Sequence record: PZ049338.1
From: a phage
Strand: one strand, 5' to 3'
Length of the DNA stretch: 64,000 bases
The notes below the pieces were generated by a model that saw nothing but the letters and a program-made list of their open reading frames with translations, did no database searches and was not told the origin of the DNA. Shown here one piece after another: positions 28,325 to 38,417 of this stretch. The stretch's first letter is position 1. Each line of letters starts with the position of its first letter. A program made the position numbers and the translations under genes.

Positions 28325-28579
28325 TTAATCACAACTAGAGCTAGAGCCAGAGTCACAGCTAGAACTACCACTGTCGTAATTATCACTAGATGTTGCGATT
28401 GTAGTGGAAGTGGAGATACCTGCATCATCAGAAGTTACAGTTGCACGCTTAGTTGTCTTCTTAGCTACAACCTTCTTATCTTCAGGGGTAGGGATGGTGC
28501 CATAACGAATCTTCTCGTTACAACGCATCAGTTCAAACATATTGCTATGAGTTTCTTTACCACATGCTACACAAGTCAT
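28325..28579 (-). CDS. small protein with N-terminal Cys pair and Ser-rich tail (84 aa)
   Basis: ORF track. Confidence 0.45.
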   Translation of the reverse strand: MTCVACGKETHSNMFELMRCNEKIRYGTIPTPEDKKVVAKKTTKRATVTSDDAGISTSTTIATSSDNYDSGSSSCDSGSSSSCD

Positions 28580-28848
28580 TAATGTGCTCCTATAAAAGAT
28601 TTATTTGAGATACTAGTTGGGCCGGTACAGTAATGAGAACCTGTAAAGTAACCACCACAAATTTGACAAGTGTAATCCATGCTGGAGAACGGTTGTCCTG
28701 TGTTATTTACTGGAATCACTTCGCCATTACGGCCACGATTTGCTCGTACAAACCGCTTTGCAGCGGCAAGTAGAACATCATAACCCATCTCTGGGCTTAA
28801 TCCTTCAGACACAGCGATTGCTCGCTCTAACTGGGATAGTGTGTACAT
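28579..28848 (-). CDS. hypothetical protein, start uncertain (track ORF extends to 29016 and overlaps ligase)
   Basis: in-frame ATG at 28848 just after ligase stop; no clear SD. Confidence 0.3.
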   Translation of the reverse strand: MYTLSQLERAIAVSEGLSPEMGYDVLLAAAKRFVRANRGRNGEVIPVNNTGQPFSSMDYTCQICGGYFTGSHYCTGPTSISNKSFIGAH

Positions 28849-28858
28849 TTCATATACT

Positions 28859-29956
28859 TTATTCAATTGGATTTCCTTCTGCATCACATTCGCGGACGTA
28901 GAGTCCGACAGGGAACTGTGGTAAGCCATCGTTAGTGAGGGCTTGGTATTTGTAGGTAATCCATTTACCAAGGAGTTTAACTTGGCTATCATATTTCCGA
29001 AAATCATGTCCACCACGCATTTTACACTTGAAGTAATTCTTAGTACCCTTCATCTGGCAGACGAGTACACCCTCTTCATTAAGGTCTTTCTCAACGTGTG
29101 TTACGAATGCCTCAGCATCCTGCATTAACTTCCACTTCTGTAAGTTATGAGAGCGATGATTGAACTCGTAAAGACCATTCACATTACGAAGCATCATACC
29201 TTCATATCCATCATTAATGAATCTGTTCAGTAGAATCTGAGCAGAGATTTCATTATTGACTAAGATGTTAGGTACAACCTTGATGAACTGAGTTCTTACT
29301 TTAGTAACATCAGCAAGCATGTCATGTCGTGTTTCCCAAGTCACATCTGACACTGGAATATCAAACACATGGAACTCAAGTCGTGATGTATCTTTGTTAG
29401 GCTTCTTAGCCGCACTGACGATGTTTTGAAGAGGTAGTCCGTGGATGTACAACTCACCATCCAGCTTAGTGAATCCTGTCCGTTCAGATACGTCAATGAT
29501 TTCTTTCTTTAAATGCTCATGGCAGTCATATGTCTTACCGCCTCGGCTATGGAGGATAACCCCTTCATGAGTGATCTCAGCAATGCATCGAAGCCCGTCA
29601 AGCTTAGGAGAAACGTAGCAAGGCCAACTAATACGATGTCCCACTTTTGTATAATCGTGGGCCAACATGGGGAGGATTTCTCCGACACCCATCGCTTCCT
29701 CAACAGTGGGTCGGTAGCATTTATCGATTTGTTTGTTGTATTTTGATTCAGCTTCCAACAGAGCTTGTTCTTGTGCTGTCGTTTCATTTGCACGTCCTAC
29801 ATTCTTAGGCTTAGCAACAGTCTCCTTGATTTGCATCTTACCACCAAGACGACCATGTGTGACAATAACAGTATCATCAGAGACTCCGACAGTCCAAATC
29901 TTAATGTTACCCTTCTTGTCCTTAGCAAACAACTCTTTACAATAAACCATTCTCAA
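28859..29956 (-). CDS. ATP-dependent DNA ligase
   Basis: adenylation motif KLDGLR; 365 aa. Confidence 0.8.
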   Translation of the reverse strand: MRMVYCKELFAKDKKGNIKIWTVGVSDDTVIVTHGRLGGKMQIKETVAKPKNVGRANETTAQEQALLEAESKYNKQIDKCYRPTVEEAMGVGEILPMLAHDYTKVGHRISWPCYVSPKLDGLRCIAEITHEGVILHSRGGKTYDCHEHLKKEIIDVSERTGFTKLDGELYIHGLPLQNIVSAAKKPNKDTSRLEFHVFDIPVSDVTWETRHDMLADVTKVRTQFIKVVPNILVNNEISAQILLNRFINDGYEGMMLRNVNGLYEFNHRSHNLQKWKLMQDAEAFVTHVEKDLNEEGVLVCQMKGTKNYFKCKMRGGHDFRKYDSQVKLLGKWITYKYQALTNDGLPQFPVGLYVRECDAEGNPIE

Positions 29957-29962
29957 TCCTTA

Positions 29963-29992
29963 GAGACGAAAAAGGCACCCGAAGGTGCCCTC
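29963..29992 (-). terminator. intrinsic terminator on minus strand (GGGCACC uucg GGUGCC + U-run)
   Basis: read directly. Confidence 0.65.
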
Positions 29993-29997
29993 TTAAA

Positions 29998-30468
29998 TTA
30001 CAGGTTTTTAGTTGCACGCATAACTGCTGCAATGTTGGCGATATCTGTAGCTGACACAGAATCAAGGCCAAGTTCCTGGATAACTTTCACAACATCCTTT
30101 GGGTCAATGTCGTCAGCCTCATCCACTGCAATCGAGCCTTCCACTTGAGCATTTTCACGAGGCTCTTCAAGATTGCCTTCACGAACCAGAGTACCATCAG
30201 AAAGGTCAGTAACGTCTTCAACATCCGTGGTATCAAGTGCATCATAGTCATTCACCGTAGCTTCTTTACCCTTGAACTCAAATACATCAGAACCTGAAGC
30301 TACAAGAGCACTCTCATAGGATGCTCGGGTCGTCTCCAATGTCTGGCCGCTCGTCATCGTAATATACACTGTCGAGTTCTGTGCAAAGCTCACCGCTTCC
30401 ACTTTCTCCATGTTCACAAATACTTCCCGATTCGCATTCGCTAACGTCACTTGATAAAACTTCGCCAT
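29998..30468 (-). CDS. acidic hypothetical protein (156 aa)
   Basis: AAGGA SD upstream of ATG at 30468; overlaps exonuclease 3' end. Confidence 0.5.
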   Translation of the reverse strand: MAKFYQVTLANANREVFVNMEKVEAVSFAQNSTVYITMTSGQTLETTRASYESALVASGSDVFEFKGKEATVNDYDALDTTDVEDVTDLSDGTLVREGNLEEPRENAQVEGSIAVDEADDIDPKDVVKVIQELGLDSVSATDIANIAAVMRATKNL

Positions 30469-31285
30469 TATTTGTATCCTTACTTAGTTCATAATCTAAC
30501 CAGTCCCAGCTAAACAGGTTGTCTGCTGTTTGACCGATGTATAGTAAACGTGCTTGTTCAAGCATAACTTCTTCGTAATTCTCACCAAATACCTTTTTGT
30601 ATTCAGCGGAAACCACATCAAACATTTCCCTCACAGTAGTAAGACCATCCAACAACTTGATAGCTGTTGCCTCACCAACGCCTTTACGACGCAGTTGAAG
30701 TTTACCACCCCACATGACTTCTTTTCGAATACCACATCCGGGAATGTTATCGGTATTGTCTCCAGTCAGCATTTGCTGAAAGAAGAATAATTTAGATTCG
30801 AACTCTGGAACCCAATGTTTCAGAACTTCTGGTTGTCTATCACCACAAGCCCATCTATAATGCCAACCAAAACAAGTCCACATGTCCTTGTCACGAGTAG
30901 CAATCAGTGTATTCTCAGGGTCATTACGCTGCTCTATTGCCATCCAGTCGTCAGCCTCAATACCATCCACAATGATGTGGTTATAATATTTGACTATATG
31001 CTTCTCAACTGTTTCGTAATGGAAAGGCCTCGCTGTGTTTGGGTCACGATTACCCTTGTACTCCTGCTGAACAGCAACCTCATTTCTGAAATTACCTTTA
31101 CCAGACAATGCACAAATGTAACTGTCTCCCTTGTTAATCTTAATGACATGACGTATTAAATCATCTACAAGCTTAACAATCTCTGTCTCGGGTGCCGGTA
31201 TATACTCACCCTTAATGTAAGGATGAGCAGCTTTAATAGCACCAATCTGATACCGAAGAATGTCAGCGTCAATCAGTATACGCAT
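30314..31285 (-). CDS. 5'-3' exonuclease (FEN / T7 gene 6-like)
   Basis: YKGNRD and DxD-rich segments resemble recalled T7 gp6 (YKANRK). Confidence 0.7.
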   Translation of the reverse strand: MRILIDADILRYQIGAIKAAHPYIKGEYIPAPETEIVKLVDDLIRHVIKINKGDSYICALSGKGNFRNEVAVQQEYKGNRDPNTARPFHYETVEKHIVKYYNHIIVDGIEADDWMAIEQRNDPENTLIATRDKDMWTCFGWHYRWACGDRQPEVLKHWVPEFESKLFFFQQMLTGDNTDNIPGCGIRKEVMWGGKLQLRRKGVGEATAIKLLDGLTTVREMFDVVSAEYKKVFGENYEEVMLEQARLLYIGQTADNLFSWDWLDYELSKDTNNGEVLSSDVSECESGSICEHGESGSGELCTELDSVYYDDERPDIGDDPSIL

Positions 31286-31473
31286 TAGTTCTTCTCGTCA
31301 AATTGCTTAAGGGCACCGACTAGAGCATCAGCTTTAAACTTAGCTGTTGGTAGAGAAGGTTCTTCAACCTCCCGAACATTGGTAGTCTTGTTTGTGATGT
31401 TGTACCAGCGCAATCCTTCATCCACTGTTACAACATACTTGTCATTCTCATAAACAACATTATCCATCGTCAC
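31285..31473 (-). CDS. small hypothetical protein (62 aa)
   Basis: ORF track; ATGA coupling. Confidence 0.4.
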   Translation of the reverse strand: MTMDNVVYENDKYVVTVDEGLRWYNITNKTTNVREVEEPSLPTAKFKADALVGALKQFDEKN

Positions 31474-31476
31474 TCC

Positions 31477-32046
31477 TTAACTCTGGAAGTTTACTGATTC
31501 TCTGTCAATGTTAGCGACTAATTGACTTCGAATACGATGGAGACTGACGTAAATGTTATTTGAAGACATGCCATACTTATTGGCAACATCTTTAGTCGTG
31601 AGGTTCTTCAGGTAAACATCGGTGAACAATTCACGTTCTGATTCCTTAAGAGTCTCAAAAGCTCTCTGAACAAACGAGGAAGCTTCATCGGCTAGTAACT
31701 CACGAACAGGGTCAGTTAACCCATTATCATGGCATTCAAATTCGAGGACATTATCGTACATCTCCGTATCAACTCTGTCGAACTCTCGGCGTACATAACC
31801 ATAACGAACATTGTTCGCAATAGTACCTATAACACCGCCTAACTTATCCCACTGGATTCTGTCCCAATACTGCCAAATCCTTAGCAGAGTTTCTTGAGCC
31901 AAATCTTCAGCCAGATGGTAATCTTTTTCCATGTAGTAGAATTGTTTCTGGAGAGGTTTCCAGAACTCTTCGTACAACTCTTCAAAAGTATATGTTTCTC
32001 GTTTTGGAGTAGGGGCACTAATTCTCTTAGCCATCATACATTCCAT
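31477..32046 (-). CDS. ECF-type sigma factor (regions 2 and 4)
   Basis: DLAQETLLRIWQYWDRI (region 2-like) and LTTKDVANKYGMSSNNIYVSLHRIRSQL (region 4 HTH). Confidence 0.7.
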   Translation of the reverse strand: MECMMAKRISAPTPKRETYTFEELYEEFWKPLQKQFYYMEKDYHLAEDLAQETLLRIWQYWDRIQWDKLGGVIGTIANNVRYGYVRREFDRVDTEMYDNVLEFECHDNGLTDPVRELLADEASSFVQRAFETLKESERELFTDVYLKNLTTKDVANKYGMSSNNIYVSLHRIRSQLVANIDRESVNFQS

Positions 32047-32050
32047 GTAC

Positions 32051-32080
32051 TGATGAAAGAAAACCCCTCCGAAGAGGGGC
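32051..32080 (-). terminator. terminator-like hairpin (CCCCUC uucg GAGGGG + U-rich) immediately upstream of sigma factor gene
   Basis: read directly. Confidence 0.55.
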
Positions 32081-32275
32081 TAAGTTTCAAGCCGCACTTA
32101 AGGTAGCGAATCACCTTTACAAACAGCCTCTATCTGTTGCACACCGTTAGCATTAAGGTTCCGGGTTCTATATTATCGAGGATAAAGTATATGCTGATGG
32201 ACATATAGGCCATAGGTTATCTCCCAATTAGCCATCACCTTGGGGTAACATGCCCTTGCCGCTGTTTGAATTTAA

Positions 32276-33049
32276 TTAGAACGGGCAATCGTCGTCAAAA
32301 TCCAGACCTTCATCTGGTTTATTGGTCGGCTTATTGTTACCGTACTTCTGTTCTTCACGAGTAGTGGTATTCTTTGGCTTTTCACCATCACCACTGTCGG
32401 CAATTGGTTCTTTGCCTGCATACGGAATGTGTTGTGCATCTTTAGCTTCTGCAATCACATCACGCTGGAATTTGTAAAGCTTGGAGTATGCTTGCAGCAT
32501 CTCAGGGGTATCAATGTAAGGGTTATATGCTACCAGTTCTGAACGTGCTTCACCAACTTTGGACTTGTTTCGAGAAGAAACAGCACCAATGGAAGTCACT
32601 TTGTTACGCTTCACACCTTTCTTCGTGGTATAAGAACCAACACCGATTGAAACAACTTCATTCAGGCGTTCCATGAACCACTCGAGATTACGAGGAACTT
32701 CGGTAATAGTTGGGTCAATTGCTTTACAGAGGTCGAATACACCACCACGTTTAGCACCGGGGAAGAGGTAGAAGTCTTTGAACTGACAGGAAGGGCGAGG
32801 GTCGATAGGCTTACCGACTTTATCTTCTTCACCTTCGTATGTGCGACCAGTTGCGTCAACGTCAATAAGTTCAAAAGCAATGGTACACTTGAATGCGGGA
32901 GCTTTCGCTTCACCTTGCCAATCTGGTTGAGGCTGAACACCTAAGCCAACAAAGCGAACGATACGTGCGTCGAATACATCATCTTCAATCGCGTCGTATA
33001 CAGTGAAAGATTTTTTAGAAGTGGAAGTAGATGGAATAGCAGTAGTCAT
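32276..33049 (-). CDS. ssb: single-stranded DNA-binding protein with host-SSB-like acidic tail (…DFDDDCPF)
   Basis: C-terminus matches recalled E. coli SSB tip DFDDDIPF. Confidence 0.65.
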   Translation of the reverse strand: MTTAIPSTSTSKKSFTVYDAIEDDVFDARIVRFVGLGVQPQPDWQGEAKAPAFKCTIAFELIDVDATGRTYEGEEDKVGKPIDPRPSCQFKDFYLFPGAKRGGVFDLCKAIDPTITEVPRNLEWFMERLNEVVSIGVGSYTTKKGVKRNKVTSIGAVSSRNKSKVGEARSELVAYNPYIDTPEMLQAYSKLYKFQRDVIAEAKDAQHIPYAGKEPIADSGDGEKPKNTTTREEQKYGNNKPTNKPDEGLDFDDDCPF

Positions 33050-33144
33050 TATTTAATATCCTTATTAATTAATCTCAATGTTGAGAGAACTGTTTATATC
33101 TCTCGCTCAGTTGTATATAGATTAGTGTAAGATAACTGAAAATC

Positions 33145-33576
33145 TTACATACTTTCTTGCATTATTTGAGAGCGACTAACACCATCAAAGTAACAAAAAT
33201 CGCCCACAATATTGCTATTAATATGGTATACTTCATTGAGGTTCTCACCTGTACGCTTGTGATAGTGATGGCAGATAGCTTTGTGAGCACAAATCAACCG
33301 ACTCATGAACGCATACACATGGCTCCTGCCGTATGTACGACCATCCACTGTAGATGATTTCGTATTCACAAACCTGTCAACAGCGTCATACTCTATCACT
33401 GGTAACATTCTTAGTGCAACAAATAGTGCATTGGTTGATGAAGGGCGGGAATGTCCCGAGTTCGCCGCCCCGTATAACACATCCTGCAACCAACCACTAA
33501 GTTCATGGAGTTCATCAAAGTTAGAAAACAGGGACTGAATACAATGATTATCTAAATGGACTGTAGGACGTGACAT
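33145..33576 (-). CDS. hypothetical His/Cys-rich protein (143 aa)
   Basis: ORF track. Confidence 0.5.
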   Translation of the reverse strand: MSRPTVHLDNHCIQSLFSNFDELHELSGWLQDVLYGAANSGHSRPSSTNALFVALRMLPVIEYDAVDRFVNTKSSTVDGRTYGRSHVYAFMSRLICAHKAICHHYHKRTGENLNEVYHINSNIVGDFCYFDGVSRSQIMQESM

Positions 33577-33584
33577 TCTAAACC

Positions 33585-33989
33585 TTAAATCTCGAAGTGA
33601 GGGCCATCAAAACGTTTGTTCTTGTTCCAACCGTCAGTGGTTGGTGCCCAAGTACCACCCCACACAACACGAACGCCAAGTTTATCAGCGGAAGCTAACA
33701 TATGAGCAGCCATAACAACAAAGCTTTCCAGATTATTCCAATCAACAGGGTAAGGTACAATATCAATTGCATGACTATACCCATCAGATTGACGAAGGTG
33801 TTTAGAGTTCATAGTCCAAGATGAACCCTTGGCTACATATTCACGCTGCTTCTCAATAGTACGCATACCTTCTGTGATTGTCACATCGAAAGGCATATTC
33901 TTGAAAGCTTCGACACAGACAGCACGTAAGTCTGGATGAACTTGGTCAAGACGTTCTTGAGAGCGAGCACTAAGTTTAACATTACTCAT
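33585..33989 (-). CDS. endolysin, L-alanyl-D-glutamate peptidase (M15-like)
   Basis: SKHLRQSDGYSHAIDIVPY fits H..D..H zinc peptidase pattern. Confidence 0.7.
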   Translation of the reverse strand: MSNVKLSARSQERLDQVHPDLRAVCVEAFKNMPFDVTITEGMRTIEKQREYVAKGSSWTMNSKHLRQSDGYSHAIDIVPYPVDWNNLESFVVMAAHMLASADKLGVRVVWGGTWAPTTDGWNKNKRFDGPHFEI

Positions 33990-34007
33990 TATTAACTCCT
34001 TAAAGCA

Positions 34008-34520
34008 TTAAACATTGTCTTCAATATACCCTTTTTTAGGTGCTTCGTTGTGCATAACCTTACGAAGTTCTTGAAGGGAGATTGGGGTGTAGTTTAATTG
34101 CTCACATGATGTGCAGAAGTATCGCTTATCAACAATCTTAGCACGATGCATGTGTCCATGAATGTTCATCTTACCACGTAACTCAGCGGGATGCACTGGA
34201 ATGTGGGTAAGCCAGAACTCTTTGTACTTAATAGGGCCAGAGACCCAATTGAATGCCTTGTGGAAATCCACATGGAAATCATCATGGTTGCCCAGAATAA
34301 GATGTTTATTAGGGCAATTAATCTGCCTGATTAAGTCCAAAGCTGTAACATCAAACACCCAATCACCCATAAAGAACATCTTATCACGAGATGTGACTAA
34401 GTTGTTAATGTTTGTGATGATTGTCTGGTCATGATGCTCGATTGATTCAAACTCAGGGCGATACTTTAGGATGTTACGATGGGCGAAGTGCCCATCTCCT
34501 AGGAAATATACTTCAGCCAC
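34008..34520 (-). CDS. calcineurin-like metallophosphoesterase (GTG start)
   Basis: GDGHF, GNHD, GHMH motifs. Confidence 0.7.
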   Translation of the reverse strand: MAEVYFLGDGHFAHRNILKYRPEFESIEHHDQTIITNINNLVTSRDKMFFMGDWVFDVTALDLIRQINCPNKHLILGNHDDFHVDFHKAFNWVSGPIKYKEFWLTHIPVHPAELRGKMNIHGHMHRAKIVDKRYFCTSCEQLNYTPISLQELRKVMHNEAPKKGYIEDNV

Positions 34521-34522
34521 GA

Positions 34523-34684
34523 TTAATCCTCTTCTAAGGCTACAAGTTGCATTAATGCACCACCAAGCAGTTTGTGGTTCATCTTAGCTTCAGCTTCATC
34601 TTCGTAGACTTTCTGAACAACCTTCTGGTCTTTGCCAGAGGAAATAAGGAATGCGTGGTAATAGTAAATGCGCTTCTCAACCAT
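34523..34684 (-). CDS. small hypothetical protein (55 aa)
   Basis: Not in ORF track; ATG at 34684, stop 2 nt before phosphoesterase start. Confidence 0.3.
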   Translation of the reverse strand: MVEKRIYYYHAFLISSGKDQKVVQKVYEDEAEAKMNHKLLGGALMQLVALEED

Positions 34685-34830
34685 TAATCTCAACCTCGTC
34701 TACATATGAATAGGAATTATCGTAATCATAAGACTCACATACACGGTATGCTTCATCCTTGTCATGAGTTGCTAGGATAAGTCTCCAACCTTCTCCATCT
34801 ACCCCATCAACCCATACGTGGTAATACTTG

Positions 34831-35034
34831 TTAGAGGTCACTATTCAGTAAGTCCACCGCATATTCATAACCTGACCAGTTATCAACACCTGCTGCACGA
34901 AGGGCTTCAAGAAACTCAAGTTCCTCGTCTGCTTCTTCTAAAGTATTAACGATGCCTTGTAACTCTTCAGTCATCTTAACATCATTACCTTCGATGTACT
35001 TCTTTAAAATAGATGATAACATTAGATTGTGCAT
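34831..35034 (-). CDS. small hypothetical protein (67 aa)
   Basis: ORF track; start of a coupled run of five small genes. Confidence 0.45.
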   Translation of the reverse strand: MHNLMLSSILKKYIEGNDVKMTEELQGIVNTLEEADEELEFLEALRAAGVDNWSGYEYAVDLLNSDL

Positions 35035-35237
35035 CCATCACAAGTTAAGTCACCCATAAGTGACAGGGAGAGTAGGCGAGATTGTTCGTCACTGTAAAGC
35101 TGGTCAATCTCTTCTTTGAGTTTAGCCAGTTCAGTGAAATTAATCAACTGACCGTGTTCGAGGCAGTCCGTCTTAAATACAAAGAGTGCTTCAACTTCTG
35201 TTGAATCTTCATCTGTATATTTATCAATATATTCCAT
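35022..35237 (-). CDS. small hypothetical protein (71 aa)
   Basis: ORF track. Confidence 0.45.
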   Translation of the reverse strand: MEYIDKYTDEDSTEVEALFVFKTDCLEHGQLINFTELAKLKEEIDQLYSDEQSRLLSLSLMGDLTCDGCTI

Positions 35238-35464
35238 TATCGTACCTTCTTGTAAACTAACATACCAACATCGTTGGTGAATGGTTCAAGTTCTTTTACC
35301 CGGAATAACTCAACACGGCAATCAACTGTCGAGTATTTCTCAATGTTCTTTTTGACAGCTCGAGCATTCTTACGAGTTTTACATGAGACTGTAGTGTATG
35401 ACTGTGTTCCACCACTGTAGTTATAGGTCGTCTTTACAACCCATTTATCTCCACTGTAAATCAT
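35237..35464 (-). CDS. small hypothetical protein (75 aa)
   Basis: ORF track. Confidence 0.45.
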   Translation of the reverse strand: MIYSGDKWVVKTTYNYSGGTQSYTTVSCKTRKNARAVKKNIEKYSTVDCRVELFRVKELEPFTNDVGMLVYKKVR

Positions 35465-35811
35465 ACTTTAACTCCAAATTTATTTTTAAGAGTATCTTTA
35501 ATCCACTCAAGACGGTGTAAATTCAAGTGATGCTTGCGATAATTCTGGTCATTGATATATTGTTTTGAGCCAAACGGGAAGTCTGGGTCAAGATTATCTT
35601 CTTTGAAGAGATTTATCAATTGACGCATGATTGCAGTATTACTCCTCAACCCGTAATAGCTTGAGTAAGAAATAGAGTTACTGCACAGGCCATTATGGAA
35701 ATCAACCCACTCTGGTGGCTTGAGTGAATCATGAATGTGATAATACTGATATAGGAAGTCTTGAAGATTTCGTTCCTTCTTACGGAACAGTTTTCGGAGG
35801 AAATTAATCAT
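35461..35811 (-). CDS. hypothetical protein (116 aa)
   Basis: ORF track. Confidence 0.5.
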   Translation of the reverse strand: MINFLRKLFRKKERNLQDFLYQYYHIHDSLKPPEWVDFHNGLCSNSISYSSYYGLRSNTAIMRQLINLFKEDNLDPDFPFGSKQYINDQNYRKHHLNLHRLEWIKDTLKNKFGVKV

Positions 35812-36002
35812 TGTTGTGGAATCTCAAATGTTAATGGTTTAACCCTGAAGGTTATGTGTGGGTAATCTTTAATAAGACTTGCAGCTTTGACTATAGCATC
35901 TTGCTCTGTCGTGAAGATTAACAATTGACCACCGAGGCTTGCTACAGAGCCTAACTCGGTAACAATGGCCCATGTGACGTGTACGTGAATCTCTCTTCCC
36001 AT
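35808..36002 (-). CDS. small hypothetical protein (64 aa)
   Basis: ORF track. Confidence 0.45.
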   Translation of the reverse strand: MGREIHVHVTWAIVTELGSVASLGGQLLIFTTEQDAIVKAASLIKDYPHITFRVKPLTFEIPQQ

Positions 36003-36062
36003 TATTCCACACCTGCAATTAATGTTACTGTATATTTACGACCACCTCTAACATCTTCAACC

Positions 36063-36524
36063 TTAGTTACAATACCTTCCATTATGATTCCTTAATCGGT
36101 AATAAATTGCGGATTCAGTTCTGCCCAATCGTGCAGCTATAGTTTTAACAGGAACACCTGCTCTCCACATCTCAAAGCAATCGTCATGACTTTCTCTGTA
36201 ACGATTTACGTTTGTTTCAGTAGCATGTTCAGAGCCTTCAAGAATTTCAAGGTGTTCTGGGTTACAGCAAGCCCTGTTCCTGCATTTGTGATTAATCTCA
36301 CAACCTTCAGGGATTGAGCCGTTAAGTTCTTCCCACACTAACCTGTGGTACATCACCCAAGTATTTTTACCAATATTCTTGCGGAAGTACCCATCACTGT
36401 TAAGTTTATGAGAAACGGGGATTTTACACCCCGTATTAGTAATATCAAATACAAGTTTCTTTGGCATATTCAATGGGTATGGAACCAGCTTGCACCAAGC
36501 ATTGAGTCTGAAGCTAATGGACAT
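36063..36524 (-). CDS. HNH homing-type endonuclease
   Basis: INHKCRNRACCNPEHLEILEGSEHATETN HNH-like core; overlaps 3' end of polymerase gene. Confidence 0.65.
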   Translation of the reverse strand: MSISFRLNAWCKLVPYPLNMPKKLVFDITNTGCKIPVSHKLNSDGYFRKNIGKNTWVMYHRLVWEELNGSIPEGCEINHKCRNRACCNPEHLEILEGSEHATETNVNRYRESHDDCFEMWRAGVPVKTIAARLGRTESAIYYRLRNHNGRYCN

Positions 36525-38314
36525 TCCATATTCAACGACTCTCCAGCTTTTTTAACACACTGGTCAATCAACTCTCTTAATTTAACTACATCTTTGGTGG
36601 CGCAAGTGAACTGCATCTCATCGTGCATCATAATGACCTGATTTGCAAACAGCTTATCACGTTTAACCCAAGAAATCAGGTAGCAGTCAGCAATCTTCAT
36701 AACAATAGAACCAGCAGACTGGAGCATTGTATTCAGTGCTTTATGGGTCATCACCTCACCGGAGTTAGGGTCACGACGCATAATCAACTTACGACCATCA
36801 ATAGCTGGAACCCAACCATGTTTCGCTGCGAATGTTTGTACCCACTCCATAAGAACTGGAATACAAGGACATTCTTTCAGGAACTTATCACGAGCTTCCT
36901 GACCTTCGGCAACACCACCACCTAACTGAGCACCTAAGTTCGCATTACCAGCGCCATAGAGGAAAGCATAGATAAACGTCTTAGCCTGCTTACGAGTTGC
37001 TAGACCTGCAAGCTTCTGGTTGTGCGAGTGGATATCACCATTCAGAAGAACTTCACGATACTCTAGAGCGGAGTCGAGTGCTTTCTGATAATACTCAGCC
37101 TCTCGTGTCTTACCAGCTTCGAGAGCTTCCTCAAGCAGCATACGAGATACAGCAATGAGGTAGTGAGTAAGCATACGAAGTTCAAGACCTGCACCATCCC
37201 CACCTACGAAAGCCTGTTGGCCCTCTGGGATAAGGTATGTACAGTGTCCTACATCTTCCCACTTCTTACCATTGAACTCCTGCATGATGTTAGTCAGTGG
37301 CTTACGACGAAACTTGCCAGACTCAATCATTTTCTTGGTGAGCTTAGGAACCAGAATGCCACGACGACCCATCTCAGAGTCACAGTAGTCACCCTTAAAT
37401 AAGTGACGACATTCTTCACCCAGCAACGCACCAGCAGCAGGAATGTTAACAATTGTCTTGTGACGCATACGAGCAGTTGGTGTAGCGCATGGGTTGGCTT
37501 CACCAGACAGCTTACCATCAGCACGTACTTGAGCAATCAAACCTTCTAAGAGGGAACGACGATGCGCAAGCTGCATACGATGCTTCAAGAGCGTCAATGC
37601 CTGACTCTCATCCTCACCAACTGAATCAAAAGAATCATCAGTGATTTGTGGAGAAGTCGGCCAGAACTGTTTCAGTAGAAGTTTCTTCTTAATGGCATCG
37701 AAGTTAGGAACCTTTCTGCTCAGGTCGAAACCTAAAGCAACCAGAATTGCCTTCATGTAACCCTTCGTCTGGTCACGGAAGTGTGTATCAATAAACCCGT
37801 TAACAGCGTTGGTGAATGCAAGTCTGTCCTCAGAATCACACTGTTCATTGATGAACTTAGCGTATGAGGTTTTCTCCAAACGTTTGCGATACTGCCAAAC
37901 TTGGAAAGGTGTCTTCTTCTCGTTCCACTCAGTAGGAACCCAACCCATATCCATCATGACTTTCTTCAGTCGAGATGTTTTACCAGGGTCGAATGGTGTA
38001 TACCATACAGCGGAGAATGGCCCACTAACATCTTCAGAAGAGAGTCCATGAATGTCCATGTACTTCTGAACGAATGCTTTAGGTTGACCGTTCAACTTAA
38101 ACGGAGCTTTATACTCTGAACCCTTGTGCATCATAGGAGGAAGCAAAGGGATTAATTCGAGGTCAATCTTGAGGATACGCTCATTCAATGAGTGAACCAA
38201 CCAAGAAGCACCACGCTTATCAAAGTTACAGCCATGTTTCCACTGATTCGAAATCAAATCAGCGACTTTCTGTTCTAACAGGAATGGTTTAGTCCAATCC
38301 GGCTTGATATCCAT
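36470..38314 (-). CDS. family A DNA polymerase, polymerase domain only (614 aa)
   Basis: motif A DGAGLELR, motif B RKQAKTFIYAFLYG, motif C HDE; no 3'-5' exo motifs in this ORF. Confidence 0.85.
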   Translation of the reverse strand: MDIKPDWTKPFLLEQKVADLISNQWKHGCNFDKRGASWLVHSLNERILKIDLELIPLLPPMMHKGSEYKAPFKLNGQPKAFVQKYMDIHGLSSEDVSGPFSAVWYTPFDPGKTSRLKKVMMDMGWVPTEWNEKKTPFQVWQYRKRLEKTSYAKFINEQCDSEDRLAFTNAVNGFIDTHFRDQTKGYMKAILVALGFDLSRKVPNFDAIKKKLLLKQFWPTSPQITDDSFDSVGEDESQALTLLKHRMQLAHRRSLLEGLIAQVRADGKLSGEANPCATPTARMRHKTIVNIPAAGALLGEECRHLFKGDYCDSEMGRRGILVPKLTKKMIESGKFRRKPLTNIMQEFNGKKWEDVGHCTYLIPEGQQAFVGGDGAGLELRMLTHYLIAVSRMLLEEALEAGKTREAEYYQKALDSALEYREVLLNGDIHSHNQKLAGLATRKQAKTFIYAFLYGAGNANLGAQLGGGVAEGQEARDKFLKECPCIPVLMEWVQTFAAKHGWVPAIDGRKLIMRRDPNSGEVMTHKALNTMLQSAGSIVMKIADCYLISWVKRDKLFANQVIMMHDEMQFTCATKDVVKLRELIDQCVKKAGESLNMECPLASDSMLGASWFHTH

Positions 38315-38417
38315 ATCTACCTCAACATTACTAGCCGTACACCTGACGAATCAGTTGGGAGTTAAGTCGGCATTCGTAGTTATCCTTGCCGCCTCCGAAG
38401 AGGCAGCGATGTAGGTC

